Source: Plasmodiophora brassicae
Lineage: Eukaryota
NCBI GenBank assembly: GCA_036867785.1
Contig: CP145416.1
Coordinates: 806,001-870,000, forward strand
Direction of reading: 5' to 3'
Length of the DNA stretch: 64,000 nucleotides
Below the pieces are notes generated by a model, which ran no database searches, was not told where the DNA came from, and saw nothing but the letters and a program-made list of their open reading frames with translations. Made by a program: the position numbers and the translations under genes. Shown piece after piece: positions 1-12,743 of the stretch; positions within the stretch are counted from its first letter, which is position 1, and the number at the start of each line of letters is the position of its first letter.

Positions 1-336
1 GCTCGAGTCGCTACCGCGTTGCGGCTGACCTACTGCCTGAGGGTTTGGAGCCCCCGTCTCAAAGCCAACTACGAATGCAGTAGCAGCCGTTCGAACGAAA
101 CGACAATGCCAACACGATACCAGGGCACGTTTATATGAACGAGAACAGGGTCAGGAGCACATTCCAGCCGGGACCGGGATGTTGCGCGGCAGACGTCATT
201 CGTGATCGGCCATGCCCTTCGCGGGGGCTGCCCGTCATCACGTCGGCTATGACTGTCACCGATCGGCTCCTCATCTGCCATTGCCAGTTGAAGATGGTAC
301 TGCGGTGTGCATACCAGCCAGGACCAGACCGTGCTG

Positions 337-2322
337 ATGCCACACGTTGCGTCCGGCGACTTAACGTCGGACCCGTCATGGAGGCGCGCTCGAGGCCGAG
401 AACGCCGAGCTGCGGCAGATGGTTCAGAGCTTGTTCGCGAGAATCGACTCAGCGGACCTGGCACTGGCGAACCTCGCCGGCGGATCCGGACCTGAGGCCG
501 ACGCTGCCGATCGTGTTGCGGCGCTCGAGACCAAGGTCGACGAGATCGGCCGGCGTGTTGCCGCCATGGATCAGCCGATGACCCAGTGGCCTCCCGCTGG
601 CGCCCTGAGCTATGTCGGGGCCGTCGAGAACGCCGCAGGAGCCGGAGTGCCGGACCTCCAGCGCCAGACGTTCGCCGGCACCCAGCGACGATGGCATCGT
701 GGGATATGACTTCGGTCTACGTCCGCGGTATTCGCCGCCAAGCGCTCGGGCGCGTTGGTTCGCTGCTGAAGACCTGCGGCGTCGACATCCGCAAGGTCGT
801 CGAGATTTCGTTCTTGCGGGCCTCCAGCACGCTGGAGGTCTGGACGTATGATCACGAGCGTGACGGCCTCGTCTACTCGCTGCGTCGCGCCGGGCTTGTC
901 GTTCTTGAGGGCATGCGCCCGACGGACCCGTCCCTGCTCGGGACGAAGGCGTTCCTGAAGCTGACGCCTGAGCAGCAGCAGCAGTCCGCTGCCGAGCACT
1001 TCGTCGAACGGCTCAGGCGCATCACGTCGCTGGTTGACAGCAACCTGCGCCGTTGCGCCCGCCGTCAGTTCGCCGCGATGCTCGACGAGCAGGTGCGCGA
1101 ACACGACGTCCCACGAGACCAGGTCGACCGCGCCCCCGGCGCGAATGCAGAAGAGTGCGCTGAGCGTCGAAGCAACTCAAGAAGCCGCCGAGCCTCGAAA
1201 CGCCCACAGCCGCCACCGATCGTGCCTGTGCCGCTGACGGCGTCGGCACAAGGGGTGGACCCGTCAGGAGCCGAACGTGTTGCCGCTGACGACGACGACA
1301 GCCGCACCTTCATGGACACGGCGCCGCTCGACGTCATTGCCCGCCGCCGCAGGACGACCGACGACGACGACGTCGAATCCGAGCGCCCGACGACGTATAA
1401 CGCTGCAGGTGCTGGAGGCACGACGCATCGACGCAAGCGCAGGCCGCGTCGGCGCCCTGCGAACGCGTCTGAGCGTGCTGGGCAGGCAGCGGAGGTGCCC
1501 GCGCCTCCCGATGCCCCGCCCGACGCCCTGTCGGACCGCGACGGTCTGATCCAACTGCCCTCCGTCGCTGACGTACCGCCCCAGCTGCCCCCGACCAACA
1601 CGATGGCCGGCGAGCGCAGCGAACTGCCGGACTCGACACCCGAAGTCGAGTCGGCAGAGCCGCCCACTTCCAGTTCCATCTCGCGATGTTGATCGCGGGG
1701 TGGAACGTCGACGGTCTCAAGCCTGACCGGCTTGCGGCCGCCGCCACGTTGTTCGACGGATTTGGCCTTACGGCCGCAGTGTTCGTCGAGACGTGGATGC
1801 CGTCGGAGCAGGACCTGCCTGCTCGAATGTCCGAATTCAAGTTCCTCAGCACGAAGGCCGTCCGGGGTGGGAGGGCGGGTCGGTACAGCGGCGTGATCAC
1901 CTTGATGGTCCGCGCGTCCGTCCCAGCGCGCGAGCTCGCCCGCGAGCCACGCGCTGCCAGCCCGCACTGGGCCCTCTGGCGTGTCGCTGACGACGTGGTT
2001 ATCGCAGGCGTGTACCTGCAACCAGCGGTGTCGCTGAAGCTGCCTCAGTACCGGTGCGTGCTGGCTGGCCTGGGTAACGCCATTGAGCAGCATGCGGCGT
2101 CCGCCGATCGTCTGATTGTCATCGGCGACTTTAACGCGCACCTGGGCTCGCTGACCGGCGACCAAGCCTGCCCGCGACGGCAACCCGTCCTGGACTTCTT
2201 AGCGCGATGCTCGCTTGATCTTCTGAATCAGGACCTGAGCGGGGATCCGTCTAGATGGACGTACGAGGCGTACAACCGCGGCAGGTCGGTGGTCGACCTG
2301 GTCATGACTCGCGGCGTTAGGG
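337..2322 (+). mobile_element. Truncated non-LTR retrotransposon (LINE): frameshifted ORF1 plus the APE endonuclease part of ORF2, with no RT domain
   Basis: ORF2 from 1686 has APE motifs GWNVDGL, VFVETW, VIAGVY, IVIGDFNAH, WTY and VDLVM, then breaks at ~2322. The ORF1 stop overlaps the ORF2 start (ATGTTGA, 1686-1692). The 5' boundary is uncertain. Confidence 0.8.
419..1692 (+). pseudogene. LINE ORF1-like (coiled coil + putative RRM-like region + low-complexity tail), frameshifted near 600-700
   Basis: ORF 419-709 has a coiled coil (RVAALETKVDEIGRRVAAM) and an SY motif. It continues in another frame (586-1692: SVYVRGIRR...VVEISFL...LEVWT). It lies directly upstream of the APE ORF. Confidence 0.55.
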
Positions 2323-2650
2323 TAGCGCGTGGCTCGCGGGCGAGCTCGCGCGCTGGGGCGGCCGCGCGGACCATCAAGGTGATCCCGCCGCTGTACCGGC
2401 CCGCCCTCCCACCCCGGACGGCTTTCGTACTCAACGACTTGAAACCGAGCATTCGAGCAGGCGGGGCCTGCTCGTTCGGCAGCCACGTTTCGACGAACAC
2501 TGCGGCGGTAGGGCCATGTTCGTCGAACAGCGTGGCGGCGGCCTCAAGCCGGTCAGGCTTGAGAGTTGAGACCGTCGACGTTCATCCCGCGATCAACATC
2601 GCGAGATGAGTGGGCGGCTCCCCCCTCAGGTGGGTTGGGGGCAGGGCGGC
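2323..2650 (-). pseudogene. Inverted, diverged fragment of the same LINE family (ORF1 end + APE N-terminus)
   Basis: The reverse complement of 2324-2620 aligns to 1657-1953 (FVETWLPNEQ vs FVETWMPSEQ). It carries a TGG>TGA stop and a 7-nt insertion. Confidence 0.85.
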
Positions 2651-3094
2651 CGGGTCGCGAGACGATGCCGAAAGGCCCGGTCAAGGTCGGCGGCGGCCAG
2701 CGCCAACCGACGTCTCCGGACGCCGTGAGGCCTGGTGCAGCTTCGACAGGCGATCAACTGCAGCAGGTGCCTAAGGACATCTTCGAAAGGTTCCTAGCAG
2801 CACGGCGCAACGGCTACAAGCCGACGTGCCCTACCTAGTTGCCTTGAGTCAGGTACGTTGATACTGACCAGTCTCGGACACTGGAGGTGCACCAGGTCGA
2901 GCACGACGGGCGTGGACCCGTGCCGGCCTCATTCGCGCGGTCGTGACTCATGCCTGCCTCACTTGCCTGGTTCCGTCGGATGATCCTGTACCGAACCGTT
3001 CAACAGCTTCCAGGAACGGAACTGTCATTTCCAATCGATATCCAAACCAGGAACAACAGCAGCAGCCACTCGATCCCGGCCCGCAACGACGTCC

Positions 3095-4036
3095 ATGTCC
3101 GCACACACGCCCCTGCTTCAGGACAACGTCGACGCTCCCGTCTATGAACCCATCGGTGCTGACGACATCGTAGAGAACGGAGTTGAAGTAGTACCTCAAC
3201 ATCGGCACCGATGTCGCTTAGCCATGATTGCGGTCGCGGTCATCGTCTCGTTCGCTGTTCTGGCCGGTCTCCTGCTGGTCCCCCTGTGCCACTCCAGCAA
3301 CGACCGCCTTGTTAATGTTGTCATTGTGAACTACGAGTTGGACCCGGTGGACATCTACGAGGCCGACGACAACAGCAATGAGGTGCACATCGCGCGCCTT
3401 GGTCCATTCGATCGCGTCGGAGGGCTTGCCTTCTGGCCGAACAGTCGGGTCGTCATCCGAAACGCACTCACAGGCGGTTTCATTCGTCGGACGACAGTCA
3501 AGAAAGGCGACGTCCTCATTGAGACTGATGGCGGTTTGCACCGGTCACCAGAGGACGCTACCGAATCGACAACGGTCTCGTTTGTGAACCGCGAGGCGTT
3601 CTCGAAGGTCGTACTGAGCTGGGTAGACTACCGCGGTGTGCCCATTCAGGTTGCGATCCTGGCTCCAGGAGAGGAGGTGACTGTCGCGACCACCGTCAGG
3701 CACGTGTTCATTCTATCAGGTGAGCACGACGGCAAGGTGCTGTACGAGGCGACCATTGGGTCCACGTCTGGCGTTATCGGTACGACTGGACCGGAGGAAA
3801 ACAAGGACAATGCCTTGGTCGTTCGTGTCCGGAATGACAGCGAGGAGGGTGTCGCGTTTCTCTGGCTCGATAACGATGGCGTTGAGCACATGATGGAACA
3901 AGTTGCGCCCGGAACCACGACAACGATGACAACATACCAGTCACACAGGTTCGTCTTCCGGACGAACGATGGCAACGTTGTCCGGCAGTGTGTCATCCAC
4001 CCATCAACCGACGAGATCCGACCGTCCTCCTGTTAA
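3095..4036 (+). CDS. Single-pass membrane protein with three tandem VHL beta-domain-like repeats
   Basis: Intronless 313-aa ORF with a TM segment (LAMIAVAVIVSFAVLAGLLLV). Repeats such as VSFVNR..VVLSWVDYRG...LAPGE....TTVRHVF resemble the pVHL beta domain. Confidence 0.75.
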   Translation: MSAHTPLLQDNVDAPVYEPIGADDIVENGVEVVPQHRHRCRLAMIAVAVIVSFAVLAGLLLVPLCHSSNDRLVNVVIVNYELDPVDIYEADDNSNEVHIARLGPFDRVGGLAFWPNSRVVIRNALTGGFIRRTTVKKGDVLIETDGGLHRSPEDATESTTVSFVNREAFSKVVLSWVDYRGVPIQVAILAPGEEVTVATTVRHVFILSGEHDGKVLYEATIGSTSGVIGTTGPEENKDNALVVRVRNDSEEGVAFLWLDNDGVEHMMEQVAPGTTTTMTTYQSHRFVFRTNDGNVVRQCVIHPSTDEIRPSSC

Positions 4037-4115
4037 ACCGCTTGCTGCATAAACGACCTACATAGCAGATTACCGTATGAAGGGTTTAATGAGTCGTCGA
4101 CGAGTACGTGGCCTA

Positions 4116-7100
4116 TTCAAAGGCTGTGATAGGTGCAAGGTCAGAATTTGCCGGCAGTACGCCTCATCGCAACTCGTGTTACCTTAAGGCATCGTCAATA
4201 TCCTGGATCATTTGCGCGCCGCCTTGGGCACGCCCTGCCGATCCTCGGACATCTTCTTCATCGTCCGATAGGAGCAACGTTGACAAGATCGCGTCGTACG
4301 ATGTTGCCGATTCTTCCAACGCTTTCTTTTTGGAAAGCGCAGGTTTCTTAGAGGCCGTTGCCCGCTACACCGATGATATTAGATCCACAAAGCATGAAGG
4401 CGCGTCTTCTGGTCGTACCTTGGCAGAAGGGATGTTCGGGTCCACCTGCTCTTTCGCAGCAGAGGAATGCAGCCGAGACAAGAGCTTGGGCGCAGACATG
4501 CCCTGGGAACCCTTACCAGTATCTTCTACCTTTTGCCTCTTCTTGGCCTGCCGCTGAACACCGACGTCACGTTTCGTTTGGGATGACGTCGGGCGCGATG
4601 ATGCCTGTCTTGTAGAAGCGTTGACAGGACGGGCAATGGCCGCAGATTGAGGATCGCCACGTGAACTTTCTCGCGCCTTGGCTGCCGCCGCCGGCAAACC
4701 TTTATCTTTGGCGGTTTTCAGCTTGGGAGGTGGCAGAACCTTTTCCTTGGGCGCTTTCGGCTTCGGAGGGGGCAAAGCCTTCTCCTTAAGACCTTCATCT
4801 TCCGTGGGACGGCGACTGGAGCGTAGCGGAAAGCGTTGGACAGGTTTCAGCGCCACCGACGGCGTTCCTGAATTACTTGAAGGCTTGCGGGAAGATGGTT
4901 CTCGCGATGAATTCGAACTCTTCTGGCGCTTTGGAGGCACGGTGACCCTGGGGGATGACAGCGCAGCAATCCCGGTCATCTTGGACTTACGTCGTGGCCC
5001 TAACTCGAGAGGACCCATGTCAGGCAAGCTGGCAACAGCTGGTGATACTGGTTCGGAAGGATATGACATGCTTGGGGCTGGCGAATCGTGCCGTCCGGCC
5101 TCGCCGGCATCAACACCAACAGATGCAGGTTCTGCATGCAACGCGGAAACGCCTCCATGGTCGTCATGCTTCTGCTTATCAGCACTATCGTCCCGGTCGT
5201 CACGTTTCTGATCATCAGAATCAACGTCGCGGTCACCCTCTTTCTGTGCACCAGCACAATGGTCGCGACCGTCTAGTTTCTGATTACCATTGCTCTCGTC
5301 TGCCTGCGCATCTTCAAGAGAAGGCTCAGGGACCGAAACACGTGCCGGTGACGAGTACAGGATGGGGGCATCCTGAACGTTCCCATCGTCCGACAACGCT
5401 GGTGGAGCAGATGGGCTTGAGTCGGTTTGCGACGGACGAGGCCGTCGCCGTGATATCGATGAGCGAGCAATGGACTCAGGAGTTTTCGATGCGGCTGCCT
5501 TACGAGAACGCCTTGTAATCTTCTCTTTCGGTTGACGTGCTGGTGGGCCTGCGCGAGCTGGGGGTGGGGACGCCAAGTCAGCGAAGCGCTTCGCAGGCGC
5601 CTGAAGCCGCCGACGGTGGACGGACTAGGTACAGCATCAGCACGCGTGCCACATCATATGTGCACCAAGAGAGTACCTTGACTGGAGCATCATCTGAGAG
5701 ATGAGACTCGTCGCCACTTGATGCCGAAGGAATTACGATATCAGACAGAGTTGGAGGACGCGGCACACTTTCCATTGACTGTAAACGAACGTCAGTCGAC
5801 ATTGCCCAGAGGCCTGGAAACACCACGTACCGCGTCTGGTTCAGGAACGGGCAGACGATTAGCTGCAATCCTGAGGTCAAGACTGGCGATTTCCGCTTGA
5901 GACAACGGCATGTCTGGCGATGAGTCTTTCAGGCTTAAAGCAGAAAGGCATTTCGTCAGTTGCCTTAAGGATATCTTGTCCTCTATTTCATCTGTAGCGC
6001 GTTTTGCTAACAGAGTCAATTCCTGTACGACGCGGCTGAGGCATCGAATCATACTGGATCGATTGCGACCCATTACCTTGATCTGAGTGCCGGTTACAGC
6101 GTCGAGTGGAACCAGAGACAGCATGTGAGACAGGAAACGGACGTGTGCCGGATTCGACGTATTTGATAGCAGTTCCGCTACCAGATCAAACGCCAACGAC
6201 CCGATGTCATTGGGGTCATTTCCGACCAGGAAGAGAACAAACGGTGCCACCTGGACAGACCACCAATTACTGAAAACTCGAAAACGATGGGATGCAATGT
6301 CTGACCTGCGAAGAAGCAACTTTCCGAAGGGGCGACTGATGCGGAGCATTGATGAAAATCCTGCACGCGGGAAGGATTGCTTCACCGAGAGAACTTCGGT
6401 GTGTGTGGCTTTCCTCGCAGTAGAGCGGGAAGAACAACGATAGAGTCTGACGCAATTCGACGTCGTCTTCAGTCTATGAAAACTGTTCAGTTGAGAGCCA
6501 CAGATTGCATCATGCATGCTTACCGTAGGATTGAACAGCAGGATGATCAACGTGCATAGAATGTTGACATTGCTGATACGGTCGTTGAAGAGCAGTTTTG
6601 CAAACCCTGAAGGTCATTATGGATTCTTGTAACAGGTGTAGGACAGAGGGTTTGACCTTTGACAGCTGTGGTGCGGAGCTCAGAATCTTCTGACGACAAA
6701 AACTCGACAAGTACACCAATGACACTGGTTACGATACAGTCAGAGAATCAGTTGGCACTGGTGCGCAAAGGGAATCATCCAGGCTACCTCTCCCGAACAT
6801 CGGCATCTTGGCAAAGATCATGGACCATCAGTAGATCGAAGCAAGATTTGATAGAGGTTAGCTGCACAGATGGAACATCGTTGTAAATTGCTTTCGTGAA
6901 AATAGTAAGATTCGATCGCGCAGTCTCAGCATCAAGTAACGAGTACAGGCATAAGCAGCGTAACGCTGGTTCCCTGGAAAACAAGAATCAGCTTGTGGCA
7001 TTGTACGTGGAACGGTAAGTACCGTATCAATTCGGATTCGTGAATAATCGCAGGGTGGATTGTACTCTCACAAAGATCATGAAGACCTATGCGACAGCAT

Positions 7101-9285
7101 CAGCTATGTCGAAGCCCGGAACAATTGTGTCATACTCGAAAACGGCGTTCGACGAACATGCTGAAGAAGACTGGATGTGACAGCAATGAGACGCTGCCAC
7201 TTCGCATGCTCGACGGTCTCCTTCGCAGTTAGGACATCGTCAATGTCCTGCATCTCTTTCTCGATTTCGGAGATGAGCTTTTTCTGTTCGCTTGCCCCTC
7301 CAAAGTCCTCAAGGCGAATGTATTCTAGGGATGAATCAGAACGCAGCGACCTCATCAATAGGTGACTGACCAGTCTTCAGTGCCTGTGCCTCCTCTAACT
7401 GTTGCTTTAAGTCTTCGTATCGTTGCTCCATTTCTGCCTCCTGCTGTTTTCGTTGATCATCATTAGGGCCGATTTCCTCAAGTGGGTCGCGTAAGTCGGC
7501 CAAGACGAGGCTGTAACGGGTGTCACTGATCCGATGAATATTGAAAGGCTCACTGGCATACAGTGTGTTGGTTGTGAACTCAGATTCACCTGTAACGACA
7601 GACTGACGATGGACCAGGATGCGGTACAGTGCCTTCATTATGCTGGGGATGAGAAGGACGTCGGTTTCACTTGATCTCAGCCACTCCAGAAAAAGGTTTG
7701 TGAGAACGCTTCGCCCCACTTCATCAATTTCGATCCTGCACACCAGGGTCAGCATATGAATACTCTTCAGACAATCGATGCACCCACACTGTGAAAACTT
7801 TCAACAACTGAGATGTAACGAAGGTATTCGTGTGATGGGCCCGTAAGGTATCAGCGAATTCGACGGGAACAGGGAAGGCTGAAGCGAGAAGCTTAATGTT
7901 ACGCGTGTCAGCTTGGCTGAACTGGTATTTGTACCAGATTCGATGATGTCGAACTTCTTTTGCTTGCGCAACTGCTCGGCATACACGCGCCAGACGAGCG
8001 CCTTCTCAGGACTCAAGTCGGCATCAGTCTCAAGCTTCCAGTCAGAGCACATCTAAACCTCGTTTAGGTCGATGTGCATCAACTATGTGGAGCATCTACT
8101 TACGTCCTTGGAAATCTGGTGGCTGACGCAGAATGCGGCGATGCGCTCTGACTCTTTCTCGAACTCTTGCACGTCAAGGCACGAAAGGAACACGAAAATG
8201 CTGTTATCGCATTGAGCCAGCCACGTCGGGATGAGTAACTCTTCGCAAGCCTTCTTCACTTCATTGTCCCGATCAGTGATTGCCGCATATAGCAATGTTG
8301 TACGTTGCGAAATGCTGAGCGCTTTCATTGCGAGCTTCTCTGAGCACACTATTTGGCCCCTTCAGGTAACGCAGGTAATAGATATCACTAATCGGATGAT
8401 ACCTTTTAACGCAGCCAAGCGAACATCGGCGCATGTGTCTTTAATGCGGGCCAGAATGTATGGCAGAGTCGCTTTCGAAACACCTACAGAAGGTGGCGGC
8501 TGTGAGCATGTTCAAATAAAACAGTGTGGGAATCTGACCGAGGTTTGCCAGAGCAGATTTTCGAACAATGTTGCTGGAATCGTGCTCAGCGGCGAAGATG
8601 ATGGCAGAGACAACGTCGTCATCGAGATTGGTAGGATCCTGTAAGCGTGCCAGACACAAACACGACATAGCGCGAACGGCGGCGACCTGCACTTTCGTTG
8701 AGCGCTCGTGTCCACAAGATGAAACGTATATACGTACCTTGTCCTTTATGCGAAGGAGCATCGTCGACTGTATTTCATCTAAGAGCTCATCGCTGAGCTC
8801 AGTGCCGTCTGTCATCTTGCTCAAGATTACGCCAATGATCTGGCAAACCTATCGTGACATCCGTTGGTACCGAGATGCATTCGCACAACATGTGAAGATA
8901 TACGCGAAATCGAACGGCCTTGTCCTTGGCGCTGTGAAATCCGAGCAACTTCTGAACGATAACAAACGCCATTTTCCCGTTCAATCGCGGGTTGGTAGTC
9001 GGCTCAACAGCAAGCCGGCAAACGAACTGCACGACGCGCTCTACGGAAGCACATCGTTTGAAGATCAGTAGCAGTCGATAAATCTGCGGGAGAAACTCTG
9101 TCATGAACAACTTCGGCGATCTACAACGAGCGGACGGTCATCCAGCTGCAGCCATGCGCTGCCGCACACGGCTATGACCTTTCAAACGCGTCCAGCAGGT
9201 GTTTGGCCCATCGTCCATGCGCAGCAAACGACTTGCTGACCTCGGTCAACGCCGTTGCCAACTCCTGTTGGTCAACTGCGTCCAT
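4116..9285 (-). CDS. NCAPG: Condensin complex subunit 3 (CAP-G), multi-exon, long disordered C-terminal tail
   Basis: HEAT motifs AKDKAVRFRV, LLRIKDK..VR, LARLQD, HDSSNIVRKSAL and ARIKD..ADVR. Exons are linked by GT-AG introns. The 3' end is approximate (4116-4181). Confidence 0.85.
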
Positions 9286-9669
9286 TCCGGTTTGACAACC
9301 TTCGGCGCCGACTTCCAAAAACTGCTCGCAGACCGCAGTCCTCAACGGACGATGGCACCCCCTCCCGCGCAAAATCGACATTCCCGCACCGCGGGCGGAT
9401 GTATGACTCCAGTTGTCTCGCACCCGGATGAGACGACGAATGCATCGGTTCCGGGGCCACATTATAACCAGAACTTTAACAGGAAACCTCAGAATGGGCG
9501 CCCTTTGTGCACTTCTGGGTGCCTGCCTGGACTGTCGCTGCCTGCCGAATTCCGCTTCCTCGTTCAGCGCACCGTTGGGAATTTATCTCTCTTTCAGGTC
9601 TGTAGGCCCCCTTTTCGACAGCGTTGGCTGTGAGGATGAATCATTGCAATCAGCAGGAAGAGGAAACAG

Positions 9670-10259
9670 GGTCATTTCCAGAACGTGAGCAGCTCCATTT
9701 TGAACGCCGGATTATCGATGCGAACGACGGCACGTGCCAAAGGGTGCTTTTGGATGCGTGTGAGCCGGAGACCGTTAGGTTGCGAACACGTGGTGAAACG
9801 GCGGGATCCCATACGAATGAAGGTAAATATCGACGTTCACAACATCCTGGACGGAAAGAAGAGCATAGCATTGGGGGGATATACATCAGAATCACTCCTT
9901 CGATGCCCATGCAGGTCTTTCGGCCGCACTCCTCTTGATGCCGCAGGCGTCCTGCGCCGACTGCAATGCGTTGAGGCAAATACGTGCCTGCCTTAATCGC
10001 ATGCGCGTCCGATGACAATCGTTCAGATTGAGGGGCAAGCACGCGGAGGCATGTAGGGAAAGCACAAGATACGTCTCTACGCAAGCGCGTAGTCTTGTCG
10101 TACTCAGGCGGCACAGATCCTGGTAAATACGGCGGCCTGTTCATGTGCAGGACGTGGACAGCCGTCGAAGCGGGAATTCTGCGTAGCGCAGCAATGTCAT
10201 GCTCGTCAGGCACAGTTGACAGCTTGTAACAGTCTCAGCCGTCGGAGTGCGGGCCCATG
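9670..10259 (-). CDS. Possible small spliced hypothetical gene
   Basis: Intron-like GT..AG segments and a plausible final exon (..HPLARAVVRIDNPAFKMELLTFWK*). No family was recognised. Confidence 0.25.
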
Positions 10260-10298
10260 ATTGCGCGCGGAGTCCGCGACGGCATTCCGCAACCCCGC

Positions 10299-11972
10299 AT
10301 GAAGATCTGTACGGCGCGCCCTTCGCTGCCGGTCCCGCCGATCGGGATCACCAGCCCGACCGATACGTCCGACCCTCGTGATGTCCTGCTAGTATTTATT
10401 CGTACGGCGCTGACCAACAAGCTACAGGTAATTGTATCTTCAGTGTTGCGGCTAGCAGCTAACTGAATTGTATTCCAAAAGGGGAATGGATTGGCGTTCA
10501 ACAAGATCTGCGAATCGCTGTCTGGAAAGTTAGATTCAGGTGCCATAGTTCGTTGGTATTCGACACTCAACAACTGTGTATCGCTGATTGTTCCTGGTCC
10601 GGCTCACGCCCAGCTTGTCCAGACGGTATTTGCCTTTGACGCCTGGGATGTATCTCCCGAATCTACCGAATCGTACGCCCAATTCATTGTCGACTTGGTT
10701 TCGTGCAACGGCAAGTTCTTGCCGATGTGCTTCGGTGCCCTTGTTGAAAAGCTGCGTTGCCACACGACGTCTTGCGATGTAAGCGTTACGTCGCCGTACG
10801 CCTTGCCCGGAAGAACACCTGAATCAGTGCTTGCCGTGTGCGAGGGCGTGTCGTCCCTGATCTGTCGCATATTGCAGTTGATACCATCCGCACTCACATC
10901 CCTGTTCCCACTCATCGTCCAGTCCTTCCCTCATCCTCGCATGTCTGCAGACGAGCATTTGGCGTTCATCGGCAATATCCTGCGCCTGTCGCAAGATGCT
11001 CCGGAACTTCGCGACCGCATCGTTCAGCTGATCGTTCAGAAGGTTGTCCTGCTCGATTGCGAATCGAATGAGGATCACAGCGCGGTTGACGACAAACCCG
11101 CCGGCCCTGCTCTGGACCGGCTCGACCGGATCCTGGCTTTGTTGCTCGAACACTTACAGTCCGTTCAAAATTCTCGGCCGGATCTGTGCGGGTCGCTGTT
11201 CGCCTCTCTCATGCACGTCTTTGAATCCACCGTGCTGACATCGTGCAACTGCCGTCACGTCCCGTTTCTCATGTTCTACATGTGCTCGTTCCGCAACAGT
11301 TTCGCCGAAACGTTTCTGAGTTTCCTGCTTGAACGCGCCCTGGACCTGACGCAGCCTCAGCAAGTTCGCGTCAGCTGCTCGCGGTACCTGAGAGGCTTCC
11401 TGATGACGGCCAACTACGTTCGCCATGCTTCCCGTATGCACTGCTTCGAGGTAATCCTGAAGTACATCCACTCGTACATTGAAGTCCATGAAGACGACCT
11501 TGATGAAATGCGGATCGTGAACGACGACACGATTGGTGACGGAAATGGCAAAGGGTTGCACGCCGTCTTCTATTCGTTATGCGAGACGATGCTGAAACTG
11601 TTCTGCTGCTTCAAACCGGAACTTCAAGAACTTCTCGAAGAGGCACCCGACCTGGCCGAGTTCTTCAGGTTCAGCTCCATTGTGGAGTCGTCCCTGAATC
11701 CTCTGCGATTCTGCTGCCCTGATACGGTGGCCGAATTCGCAACCATCCTGATATCGATGGGACTTGGCGATTGCTATCCTGTTATCCGTCGCAACAACAT
11801 GCTGGCGTCCGTTGCTCATCCTGCAGTGTCGACGACGCCTTTCACCGTCCTCCGATTGCCGCTCTCGCGCGCCTTCTTCAGTGACATCCACCACGAGTCA
11901 TGGCATTCTTTAGGTGACACCGCTTTCTCCGACGACGAGGATGAAATTATAGACAACATTATATCGCTGTAG
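10299..11972 (+). CDS. RRN3: RNA polymerase I transcription initiation factor RRN3
   Basis: Motifs QSFPH, HVPFLMFYMCS, YLRGFLMTANYV, HAVFYSLCE and LNPLRFC. A short first exon precedes an intron at ~10428-10481. Confidence 0.9.
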
Positions 11973-12743
11973 GGTAACACTCAATCTTGTACTGTCGAAT
12001 CGTAGTCGATCGCGCTAGGTGACGCCCCGGAACTTATAGCTTGCGCCGTAATCGTGAGCGGTCGTCGACACGAAGCGTAAGATCCGCATTCAGAGTTGTC
12101 TGGCACAGGCGCGCACTCGAGGTCGTGAATTTGGTGGCTAGAGAGCTACGAGGAGACATCCCCACCGTGCCGGACATGAACCTCGCATGTGAAGGTGTTC
12201 GTGTTGATGGGGCTTCTGAGCAATACGACTATCTGCCAGGATGATGCCGATGGATCCAAGGATGAAACCGGCTGATGCTTTTCGTACTCGCTTCTTTCAC
12301 GTCGTCCTGGGGTTTACCGGGCCGGGATGCTTGCTGTGCGGATCGGGCAGATATGCGATCTGCATCATGGCGATTGTGGCAAGTTTCCACTTGCCATCGC
12401 GTGATCCGCGCGTCGGGCGATCGTTAGGACTTAGGCGATCCTGAATTGTTTATTCGTGAAATAAACACCTGGACGACGCCCGACCCAGCAGCGTGTGTGC
12501 TACGTCGGGTCGACTGGCGGTGTCCAGTCGCCCGACCGACCCGAGGCGAAGGCCGTGTGTGCGCACTATGCACACGGCACACTCTCCATTCTATTTTTGG
12601 CACTGGCGACTGGCAGGCCACGGCAGCTGACGACAGCGTTTCTGCGCAGTAGACCTGAAGGAGGGCGGTCACGGTGTCCGCCGCGGTCTCACAAACGATC
12701 GGGGCAACCTGAACAGCACGAGGATTGCTGACATCTGAACACT

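Noticed and set aside
1-336. Ribozyme or promoter in the LINE 5' UTR
   Set aside because: No hammerhead or HDV consensus was recognisable by eye, and the element boundary is undefined.
2317-2322. TTAGGG at the LINE inversion junction as telomere healing
   Set aside because: A single hexamer is expected by chance.
1686-2609. 307-aa ORF as a complete protein
   Set aside because: The last ~95 aa are antisense read-through of the inverted LINE copy.
12010-12370. Possible small spliced gene on the minus strand
   Set aside because: No consistent exon chain or recognisable motif could be built.
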